A stretch of 32,000 nucleotides of DNA from Copranaerobaculum intestinale. Lineage in GTDB: Bacteria; Bacillota_I; Bacilli_A; Erysipelotrichales; Erysipelotrichaceae. Within the stretch, counting starts at the first letter, position 1. Each line of letters opens with the position of its first letter. The notes beneath the pieces are model-generated. The model saw nothing but the letters and a program-made list of their open reading frames with translations, made no database searches and was not told the origin of the DNA. Shown one piece after another: positions 1 to 6,937 of this stretch. A program made the translations under genes and the position numbers. The stretch is from positions 210,001-242,000 of the forward strand of contig NZ_WUUQ01000001.1 in assembly GCF_009831105.1 (NCBI RefSeq), written 5' to 3'.

Positions 1-129
1 TTTTTAATATATATCATGAACAGGTTTAAGCGTTTCACGTCAACTTAAATACAAAAAGCCCAATGCCCTGCACAATTTGATATTATAGGATGAATATCGT
101 TCGCTCTAAAAGTAAGAAACGTGATTATT

Positions 130-159
130 CAAACAAAAGAGCAGCGACACTGTCACTGC
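130..159 (-). terminator. Rho-independent terminator after the signal peptidase gene
   Basis: Minus-strand hairpin GCAGTGAC-agt-GTCGCTGC (8 bp, one G.U) followed by TCTTTTGTTTG. It begins 4 nt after the TAG stop at 164-166. Confidence 0.6.
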
Positions 160-163
160 CCTG

Positions 164-1033
164 CTATTTCCATGACCGGCGGCAGGATAGAATTTCAAAC
201 TGGCACTTCTCGATTCGATCATCTCGTTCAATGGTACAGCTCCAGCGTTTTTCTTCATGGAGTCCCAAGCCTTCCGCTCCGACCATATACCATGGTACAC
301 TGTCGATGACATGACCCTCCTTATCCGTAAATTTAATTTTTACTTTCAGAAAGGTGATATTCTGCGTTGTCTGATTCACAACGATGCCGCGCATCTGCAT
401 ACTGTGTTTCATAACCAGCATATCCGTATCTCGGATTATAATGCCCTGATTAGGATCATCGCTTTTATGACGATGCTGCTTTTCCTTAAAGACAACCTTA
501 TCTCCGTTATCCTCCGCTTTATCCAGCCGCATGCTGATGATTCGGTTTATGATCAGCATTACCAGTATGGCAAGAAGCGTCATGATGCCCCATGTGCTTT
601 GCAGAAACCGAAAGACTTTTCCCATGAAAGGTACATGGCCTACATACGTTCCGATGATATCTTTCCGCTTGGTTTGATAATCATCATATTTATCGACACC
701 CTCAGCCTGGGTGCGGTAAATGGTTTCCCCTTTCTGATTTTTTTCAGTTGTCCGGAAATAGTGCGTCAAGACAATGTCATTTCCGAATCGGTCGGCATGA
801 AACGTAATAATTGAATTGGGTTTTATTTTTTCATCTTCAGGAACAAGTTTTGTCAGCACAAGGGAATCGGTGGGAATCGTAGGTTCCATACTTCCGGTCA
901 GGATCGTATAAAACCGGTAACCGGCAAATTCAGATATTTCATCAGGCCAAAAATACATTCCCACAAAATAAATCAGAATGCTCGCAATTAATATAGTGGA
1001 GACCCACGACATGATTTTCTTAAACAGTTTCAT
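164..1033 (-). CDS. sipW: Signal peptidase I, SipW/ER-archaeal type, with an extra C-terminal domain of about 110 aa
   Basis: 289-aa ORF. N-terminal TM helix, then the Ser box LTGSMEPTIPTDSLV and the His box ITFHADRFGNDIVLTHYF. A second TM helix (WGIMTLLAILVMLIINRIISM) is followed by about 110 further residues. SD AGGAAAAGG precedes the ATG. It sits next to a protein with a SipW-type signal peptide. Confidence 0.8.
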   Translation of the reverse strand: MKLFKKIMSWVSTILIASILIYFVGMYFWPDEISEFAGYRFYTILTGSMEPTIPTDSLVLTKLVPEDEKIKPNSIITFHADRFGNDIVLTHYFRTTEKNQKGETIYRTQAEGVDKYDDYQTKRKDIIGTYVGHVPFMGKVFRFLQSTWGIMTLLAILVMLIINRIISMRLDKAEDNGDKVVFKEKQHRHKSDDPNQGIIIRDTDMLVMKHSMQMRGIVVNQTTQNITFLKVKIKFTDKEGHVIDSVPWYMVGAEGLGLHEEKRWSCTIERDDRIEKCQFEILSCRRSWK

Positions 1034-1090
1034 ACGTTACCTTTTCCTGTCTACTGTTATTTTAACGAATTCTGACCGGTTTTACTAGAT

Positions 1091-1117
1091 GAAAAATACC
1101 GCCGCAGCGGTATTTTC
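1091..1117. terminator. Bidirectional-looking intrinsic terminator between the TasA-like gene and sipW
   Basis: ATACCGC-cgca-GCGGTAT hairpin (1096-1113) flanked by an A-run and a T-run. On the minus strand it follows the TAA at 1121-1123. Confidence 0.7.
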
Positions 1118-1120
1118 AAT

Positions 1121-1288
1121 TTAAGCTCCTGCTTTTGACAATGTGCCGGTTACTTCAACAGTTAAATCAGACCCAGCCAATGCTCTTGCCTCAGCTGTAT
1201 CATTTGGTGTAATCTTCACTGTATAATCATTGTCTCCATCTACGATCTTACTGTCAACAGCACCGACTAATCCATTATCAGCACCTGT
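1121..1288 (-). other. In-frame continuation of the TasA-like ORF beyond the TAG (55 sense codons to TAA)
   Basis: Hand translation after TAG (1291-1289) gives TGADNGLVGAVDSKIVDGDNDYTVKITPNDTAEARALAGSDLTVEVTGTLSKAGA, then TAA (1123-1121). The terminator at 1091-1117 follows this second stop. Confidence 0.6.
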
Positions 1289-1609
1289 CTATTCATAGCT
1301 AACGGTAAAGTTATCAGTAACAACCGTATTGTCAGCTTTTTTAATAACTGTGGATAATGACAACGTATCTACCAAACTGGAACTCTTGACATTAAATTTA
1401 ACCGTAGAAGAATATTCCGGTGCTGCTCCCAAGGTACGTGTACCGGCAGTGAAATCAGCAATCGGTGTAGAAACGATATCGACCGGATTGGCAACATTCA
1501 ATTTCCCGGTTGCTGTTCCTGTTGTGTTATCCCATGCGGCAAATGATGCGGCTGAAGTGGCAACGATAGCGCCAGCTGTCAGTAATGATAATATAGTTTG
1601 ATTTTTCAT
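1289..1609 (-). CDS. SipW-dependent-type signal peptide protein (TasA/camelysin-like), ending at an in-frame TAG
   Basis: SD AAGGAG lies 6 nt before the ATG at 1609, whereas the ORF-track start at 1645 has no SD. The N-terminus MKNQTILSLLTAGAIVATSAASFAAWDNTTG resembles TasA/camelysin-type signal peptides. The mature part is Thr/Val/Ser-rich. The gene is adjacent to the SipW-type peptidase. Confidence 0.65.
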   Translation of the reverse strand: MKNQTILSLLTAGAIVATSAASFAAWDNTTGTATGKLNVANPVDIVSTPIADFTAGTRTLGAAPEYSSTVKFNVKSSSLVDTLSLSTVIKKADNTVVTDNFTVSYE

Positions 1610-1735
1610 AAGATTCTCCTTCTTGCGAACTACATTCCCTTTCATATCGCGATTATTTCTATCTTTATTATATACGTTGCAAGAAAAAGTGAGTAATGCT
1701 TATATTATCATAGTCAGCTATGCAAAAAGCGCATA

Positions 1736-2653
1736 TCAGGATACATGGTAATCTTTTTTGAATATTTTTAGAAATAATTCAGCTTCATCTGACAATAACT
1801 GCTTTTTTCGATAAATTATTACTAAATGCTTGTTGATGGTATTATGGATAAGCTTCAAGGTTTTCACATGACTTTTCATAAGCTCTGTCTTCTGCCAAGG
1901 ATGTCCTAATATAAAGCAGTCGGTATGATTCAGCATATTCAATAGTGAATGATAATTACTCATGATGATTGTTCTGGGAAAGCTGGAAATTTGCACTCCA
2001 TCAACATTCAGCGGATGACTTAAATTAGAATAGAAATCATCTGGGATATGCAGATAAGGATACGGCAAAAGCTGAGCCGCCGATACCTCATCCTGTACTG
2101 CCAAAGGATGCTTTTCACTGAGGTGAATGCTCAGTGGTCCTTCATCCAATACGTCTACATGAATATCCTTTATCTCCATGATCCGCTTGAATACTGTCAG
2201 CTGATGACTATTCAAGACCAAAATACCAAGCTCGCAGGCAGTTGACGATACATTTTCAACAACTTTTTCTGCGGTCGTTTCAATTAGCTGTATTTCTGAC
2301 TGTGATGAATTCGCCTGTTCATAATATTTCAGTAATAAGTCATCTTTTATGAATAACGCAAAAACAGAAATCGCAAGCTTGCTGTAAGCAACCTCCTCAT
2401 CTATATTTTTTAATTGTTCTAATAAATCAAATTGATTTAATAAAGAACGTGCATAATAATAAAGCTGTTCCCCGGTTTTCGTCGGCATAATTCCTCGATT
2501 GCCGCGAATCAGCAGCTCTTTCCCCATTTCTGTTTCTATCGCATGCATGACACGGCTCAAGTTCGGCTGGCTGACATACAGCGATGCCGCTGCTTTACTG
2601 ATACTTCCGGACTCAATCACTTCGACAAAGTATTTTAGCTGCATTCTATCCAT
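1736..2653 (-). CDS. LysR-family transcriptional regulator
   Basis: 305 aa. The N-terminal wHTH MQLKYFVEVIESGSISKAAASLYVSQPNLSRVMHAIETEMGKELLIR is typical of LysR. The C-terminal part has the length of a substrate-binding domain. Confidence 0.85.
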   Translation of the reverse strand: MDRMQLKYFVEVIESGSISKAAASLYVSQPNLSRVMHAIETEMGKELLIRGNRGIMPTKTGEQLYYYARSLLNQFDLLEQLKNIDEEVAYSKLAISVFALFIKDDLLLKYYEQANSSQSEIQLIETTAEKVVENVSSTACELGILVLNSHQLTVFKRIMEIKDIHVDVLDEGPLSIHLSEKHPLAVQDEVSAAQLLPYPYLHIPDDFYSNLSHPLNVDGVQISSFPRTIIMSNYHSLLNMLNHTDCFILGHPWQKTELMKSHVKTLKLIHNTINKHLVIIYRKKQLLSDEAELFLKIFKKDYHVS

Positions 2654-2716
2654 TTTCTCACCTCGTAAATGTTATTTGTTATATATAGGATACCATATTC
2701 AAATTCGCAGAACATT

Positions 2717-2755
2717 TAAAAAAGCGAGAATTTATGACAATTTCTCGCTTTTTAT
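2717..2755. terminator. Bidirectional intrinsic terminator upstream of the LysR gene
   Basis: AAAGCGAGAA-(11 nt loop)-TTCTCGCTTT hairpin flanked by A-runs and T-runs on both sides. On the minus strand it would end a transcript coming from 2756-3337. Confidence 0.65.
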
Positions 2756-3337
2756 TGAATATTCACTTTTATCCTCATCAGATTTTCCAATATTTAGTTT
2801 CCAGCAGACATTTTTCCTACCTTGCCCGCCTCGCTATCCAATATCATCTGACTGAGTCACTGCATCATAATCCTTTCAAATTCAGCTTGTTTATCATTCC
2901 TCCGCATTCTTTGCGGTTTTCTTAATGAATGACTGCCTCCTTTTGCTCCATGTTGCGAAATTCATATTCTGTCAGTGGAAGCTCCTATGTTTTAGATACA
3001 TAAGTGTTAAAATCACTTTTAACCTTTCCTGCTGCCTAGTACATCTTTCACCTGTACGTCCGCAGGCATCCAATTCCGATGCTCCTTCACCGTATTTCCG
3101 ATTATGTTAAATAATTATATTATTGGTTCTTCTGTACATCCGCATATTCTGTCCAATATGCTTATCTTTTTTCGGCTTGTACGATTCTTTATCATACAAT
3201 TATTTAACATCTATGAATTAGTCATCTTCTCATCCCTCTCTTATATTCATATCTGTTGTTACTTTTATTATAGTCAATCTTCAAATAAGTGTAAGACTAC
3301 TGGAAAAATCGGTTAACTTTATGGAAAAACCTGCTTC

Positions 3338-4006
3338 TTACATAGCATGTTTTTTTAGTTTATCGATGACCTCACTGCGGCGTGAACGGGAAATCGGCAG
3401 TCGTGTCTGATCGATCAAGACAACCATCTCCCCATCGACATAGGCTATACTGTTCATATTTACCACCAATGAATTATGAATCCGAATAAAATCATAAGCA
3501 GCCAGCACATCTGCTTTTTCATAGATACTGCCGCGTTCCTTAAAAACTCCGCGGCGGGTGTGGTAAACAACCAGCTTGTCTTCTTTCTCCAAATAAATGA
3601 TATCCATTATTTTAAGCGGCACTTTTACCTGATTGTACTGAAAAAACAGAGTATCCCGTCCCTTCAGACGTTTCAGGATCTCCCCTTTATTTTTATGAAG
3701 TTCCTTTTCAATTTGATCAATATTGATGTAAAGAATCTGATCAATCATACCATCCTCAGTATTTTCACAGGTGCAGATTACGACCATATTTGGATAAGGC
3801 TCAATGAGGGCATGATAAACACGCTGCCGATTATACCGCTTCGGCAGCACCAGAATATCGATTGTATGGGGATTTTCCTGATTAACAAATTGTGATACGC
3901 TTGCATAACAGCAAAATTTCCAATCGTAATCCGTAAGAACATCCTGAAGATCATAAATAACTTCTTTCGCAATCTCTTTGGTTTCTACCACTGCTACTTT
4001 CAGCAT
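3338..4006 (-). CDS. LytTR-family DNA-binding regulator with a degenerate receiver-like N-terminal domain
   Basis: The C-terminus VKVPLKIMDIIYLEKEDKLVVYHTRRGVFKERGSIYEKADVLAAYDFIRIHNSLVVNMNSI matches the LytTR pattern. The N-terminus (MLKVAVVETKE..., DILVLPKRY) has a receiver-like layout without the usual acidic pocket. SD GAGGGTG lies 6 nt before the ATG at 4006. Confidence 0.8.
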   Translation of the reverse strand: MLKVAVVETKEIAKEVIYDLQDVLTDYDWKFCCYASVSQFVNQENPHTIDILVLPKRYNRQRVYHALIEPYPNMVVICTCENTEDGMIDQILYINIDQIEKELHKNKGEILKRLKGRDTLFFQYNQVKVPLKIMDIIYLEKEDKLVVYHTRRGVFKERGSIYEKADVLAAYDFIRIHNSLVVNMNSIAYVDGEMVVLIDQTRLPISRSRRSEVIDKLKKHAM

Positions 4007-4026
4007 GCAGATCACCCTCTCTTTTT

Positions 4027-4055
4027 ATTATAGACGGAAAATGAAGCGCTTTCAA
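4027..4055 (-). promoter_or_regulatory. Sigma-A-type promoter of the LytTR gene
   Basis: Minus strand TTGAAA - 17 nt - TATAAT, about 20 nt upstream of the ATG at 4006. Confidence 0.65.
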
Positions 4056-4084
4056 TTGACAAACTCGTTCCCTGCGATTATCGT
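4056..4084 (+). promoter_or_regulatory. Sigma-A-type promoter of the PNPOx-like gene, back to back with the LytTR promoter
   Basis: TTGACA - 17 nt - TATCGT. The two -35 boxes abut each other (TTTCAATTGACA). Confidence 0.6.
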
Positions 4085-4107
4085 ATAGAAAAAAGGAGGC
4101 GTTACAG

Positions 4108-4578
4108 ATGGCAATACCAAATCGTAAATTGTCAGAAGAACAGGCACAGGATATACTTAGAAACTGTCATTATGGAGTCCTATCTACTGTTGATGAGCAT
4201 GGAAATCCTTATGGGGTAGGGATTAACTGTTTTTATATGGAAAAAGAACATGCACTCTATTTTCATACGAAAAAAATCGGCAAAAAAATGAATAATATAA
4301 AAAATCATCCAATTGTTTCCGTTTTCATTACCGATGGTATGGAAAAAATTGTTCAGGAACGTTTTACCACGCATTATCAAAGCATTATTGTAGAAGGATC
4401 GGCAGAATTGATCGATAACATCGACGAAATCGAGGCAAAGCTCAGAATTCTTTGCCAGCGTCTTTGCCCTGATGCTGTAGAGCGCAGAGAAGAAGTAATC
4501 GCCAAATTCCTCCCGGTGGTTGGAATTTGCAAAATCTCCATAAAAAATATCACGGCAAAAGCGAATAGAGATGCGTAA
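4108..4578 (+). CDS. Pyridoxamine 5'-phosphate oxidase-like / Nim-type flavin-binding protein
   Basis: 156 aa. Strong SD AAAGGAGG. The N-terminus RKLSEEQAQDILRNCHYGVLSTVDEHGNPYGVGINCFY...LYFHT and the C-terminal ...CKISIKNITAK pattern are typical of the split-barrel PNPOx_2/NimA-like family. Confidence 0.7.
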   Translation: MAIPNRKLSEEQAQDILRNCHYGVLSTVDEHGNPYGVGINCFYMEKEHALYFHTKKIGKKMNNIKNHPIVSVFITDGMEKIVQERFTTHYQSIIVEGSAELIDNIDEIEAKLRILCQRLCPDAVERREEVIAKFLPVVGICKISIKNITAKANRDA

Positions 4579-4702
4579 AAGATTGCAAATTCTTCCATGT
4601 ATTGGTAAAATTGAATTATGATTAGAGACGATACGTGCTTCTATTTATAAACGTATAGATTTTGAGAAGCTACAAGTTTCCGTATATTCCGATATAAATC
4701 GG

Positions 4703-4724
4703 TATAAAAACATATGTTTTTATA
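4703..4724. promoter_or_regulatory. Perfect 22-bp AT-rich palindrome (candidate operator)
   Basis: TATAAAAACATATGTTTTTATA equals its own reverse complement. It lies in the intergenic region upstream of the 4793 ORF. Confidence 0.4.
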
Positions 4725-4745
4725 ACCATTTATGATTGTTTGAAT

Positions 4746-4765
4746 ACGTATACATTTGTATACGT
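4746..4765. promoter_or_regulatory. Perfect 9-2-9 inverted repeat (candidate operator)
   Basis: ACGTATACA-tt-TGTATACGT lies 28 nt upstream of the GTG start at 4793. A related half-site, AAACGTATA, occurs about 100 nt upstream. Confidence 0.45.
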
Positions 4766-4792
4766 TTCTGAACAAGAGAGGATGGGATTCTA

Positions 4793-5020
4793 GTGGAAGA
4801 ATTATTAGAGAATTTAGCTGAAAAAGCTGGCTGCTTCATATCTGATTTGAAATTAGATCAAAAACGCAAACGTTTAATACATGTATTAGAAGAAATTGAT
4901 CCCAGCGAATACACAGCAGCATCTTGGCAGGAAACATTTACATACATAACGGAAGATAATGCGACTGAAACAAGTTGTGAAGCAATCAAGAATGAATTAA
5001 TCAATCGATTAAAAAAATAA
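4793..5020 (+). CDS. Small acidic hypothetical protein (75 aa)
   Basis: GTG start with SD GAGAGGA about 10 nt upstream. Composition looks coding-like, and a hairpin plus T-run follows. I recognise no family. Confidence 0.5.
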   Translation: MEELLENLAEKAGCFISDLKLDQKRKRLIHVLEEIDPSEYTAASWQETFTYITEDNATETSCEAIKNELINRLKK

Positions 5021-5046
5021 ACTCACTATAAAAGTGAGCTTTTTTA
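5019..5046. terminator. Weak bidirectional terminator between convergent genes
   Basis: CTCAC-tataaaa-GTGAG core hairpin with an A-run on the left and a T-run on the right. It lies between the stops at 5020 (+) and 5044 (-). Confidence 0.45.
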
Positions 5047-6420
5047 TAAATGTGCAAAGAGATCAGCAGGTTTTTGCAGACATCCATCTGCAAGTTCACA
5101 TGTGTTAAGCTGTGATCCCCATAATGCCAAAAGTTTCCCCACCTTAGCGGCATCAGCACACTGCATGTCATAAATACTGTCTCCAACATATACCGTGTTG
5201 AATGGATCAGCGCCGGTTTTTTCTAAATAAGCCAAAATCGGATCAGGATTTGGCTTATGCTTTAACGTGTCATCCGCGAGAATAACCGTATCAAAATATG
5301 GCATCATTTCATAATTTCGCATTTCATGCTCAAATTCAGAACGAGTCTTTGACGATACAATTCCCAGCCTAATACCTAAATTATGCAATTTCTTTACAGT
5401 TTCCGTGATACCGGTGAATACCGTTACCGTATGCAAATATTTTTGCAGCTCCTCATCCCAGATTCGCTGAGCTTCATCCACATCCGGACATCCCAACTGA
5501 TGCAGCGCCTGCTTCCCGGTTATGCCAAGACAGAAAGAGAGCTCTGCCTCACTATATTCCCGCTTAAGAATCAAGCGCAACGTATCCTGTAATGAAGTGA
5601 TAACCGAATAGGTATTATCCAGTAATGTGCCGTCAATATCAAATAACACATGCTGATAATGAATCGTTTCTGGAACCGCAATCGCTGCTTTGATGTCTAT
5701 CGCTTTTGATGCGGATACCGAATCATAATCCATCTCATGAGGTGCATCGGCATAGCCATAGGTTACCCCATTTGATGATGTTGTTGGATCAAAATTCCAG
5801 CTTTTACAGGAAGAGTGAATCTGACTCACTCCCGAAACTCTCAAAATATGCAAGGCATTCTCTGCCTGCACACCGCTTCCCGCTAAAATTTCAATCTGCT
5901 TACCGTACCGATACTGCAGCTCCTTTATCAGATCAAGCCCTTCAATCGCTTTATGCTGTAACCCGCTGGTTAAAACCCGATCGATTTTAAGCGAAATGAG
6001 TACTTCTATCGATTGAAAAGGATCATTTACACAATCGAATGCACGGTGAAAAACGGCTTCTTTATGATAGCTGTGAATAAGTGAAGTCATCGCTTTAGTT
6101 GCTTCTTTGTGAATCGTGCAGTCTTTATGCAAAAAACCAAATGCAATTCCATCCGCACCCGCTTCCAGCAGTTCTTTTGCTTCCGCAAGCATGACTTCCT
6201 GCTCTGTATCATGATAAGCAAAACCGGCGCCGCGAGGACGAACCATCGCGATAATCGGTATATGTACCTTTTGCTTAGCCAAGCGAACCGCTGCCGCAGA
6301 AGGCGTCAAACCACCCATATACAAGGCACTGTTGAGTTCAATGCGATCCGCTCCTCCGGCTTCGGCCCGCACACAGTCTGATACACTGCCGCAGCAAACC
6401 TCCAAAACATATTTATTCAT
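5044..6420 (-). CDS. CutC-family TIM-barrel domain fused to a HAD-IA phosphatase domain
   Basis: The N-terminal half KYVLEVCCGSVSDCVRAEAGGADRIELNSALYMGGLTPS...IIAMVRPRGAGF is CutC-like. The C-terminal half VLFDIDGTLLDN...GIVSSKT...KHKPNPDP...VGDSIYDMQCA carries HAD motifs I-IV. The ATG at 6420 overlaps the fumarase beta stop (tATGAATAA). Confidence 0.8.
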   Translation of the reverse strand: MNKYVLEVCCGSVSDCVRAEAGGADRIELNSALYMGGLTPSAAAVRLAKQKVHIPIIAMVRPRGAGFAYHDTEQEVMLAEAKELLEAGADGIAFGFLHKDCTIHKEATKAMTSLIHSYHKEAVFHRAFDCVNDPFQSIEVLISLKIDRVLTSGLQHKAIEGLDLIKELQYRYGKQIEILAGSGVQAENALHILRVSGVSQIHSSCKSWNFDPTTSSNGVTYGYADAPHEMDYDSVSASKAIDIKAAIAVPETIHYQHVLFDIDGTLLDNTYSVITSLQDTLRLILKREYSEAELSFCLGITGKQALHQLGCPDVDEAQRIWDEELQKYLHTVTVFTGITETVKKLHNLGIRLGIVSSKTRSEFEHEMRNYEMMPYFDTVILADDTLKHKPNPDPILAYLEKTGADPFNTVYVGDSIYDMQCADAAKVGKLLALWGSQLNTCELADGCLQKPADLFAHL

Positions 6421-6937
6421 AAAGATTATGCCCCTTCGCATCTATACATACCGTGGCTGGAAAATGATCGACCAGCAGCTCATGAATTGCTTCTGCACCA
6501 AGATCCTCAAAAGCAATCACTTTACAAGCGGTAATACACTGACTGATGTATGCGCCGGCACCGCCAATCGCTACCATATAAGCGCCTTGATTACGGACAA
6601 TCGCATCCAAAACAGGTTTTGTACGATAGCCTTTACCAATGGAAACACTCATTCCAAGATCATACAGCTGGGGTGCATAGGCATCCATGCGGGAGCTCGT
6701 TGTAGGGCCTGCCGAACCGATCACATTTCCGGGAGCTGCCGGTGTAGGACCCACATAGTAAATGACTGCGTCCTTTAAATCTATGGGCAGGGTTTCACCT
6801 TTTTCCAGCATCTCTTTCAACCGCTTATGGGCAGCATCACGAGCGGTGTAGATCGTACCGGTAATGGTAACCATATCCCCGCTTTTTAAGCCTTTTATTT
6901 TATCCTTCGTAAGCGGCGTCGTCAAATTGATCATCAT
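6413..6937 (-). CDS. Class I (Fe-S) fumarate hydratase, beta subunit (fumarate/tartrate hydro-lyase C-terminal domain)
   Basis: 174 aa. The pattern GDMVTITGTIYTARDAAHKRL...IYYVGPTPA...GPTTSSRMD is typical of the beta subunit. ATGA overlap with the alpha subunit gene. Confidence 0.8.
   Translation of the reverse strand: MMINLTTPLTKDKIKGLKSGDMVTITGTIYTARDAAHKRLKEMLEKGETLPIDLKDAVIYYVGPTPAAPGNVIGSAGPTTSSRMDAYAPQLYDLGMSVSIGKGYRTKPVLDAIVRNQGAYMVAIGGAGAYISQCITACKVIAFEDLGAEAIHELLVDHFPATVCIDAKGHNLYE

Noticed and set aside
257-814. Long ORFs antisense to confidently assigned genes: 257-814, 6332-6778, 7531-7938, 7718-8062, 8034-8453, 12963-13337, 17971-18288, 22396-22881, 24128-24502, 25597-25947, 30265-30597 and others.
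   Set aside because: Each lies entirely within a gene on the opposite strand that has strong family motifs. None has an SD, and their compositions (Cys/His/Phe/Ile-rich, low complexity) are typical of shadow frames.
1289-1291. Genome-wide reassignment of TAG to a sense codon, as an explanation for the in-frame TAG in the TasA-like gene.
   Set aside because: TAG ends glmU (inside the prs RBS). It also ends the grx-like gene, the 19332 ORF and the XRE-TM gene, each immediately followed by a terminator, and it ends sipW and MATE, each followed by a terminator within a few to about 30 nt. TAG therefore behaves as a normal stop here.
2734-3316. Three consecutive plus-strand ORFs (2734-2925, 2925-3110, 3104-3316) as possible small membrane proteins downstream of the LysR region.
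   Set aside because: None has an SD before its start. They have implausible Cys/Phe/His-rich, repetitive composition, and they converge on the LytTR gene's 3' end. The region is treated as non-coding or decayed.
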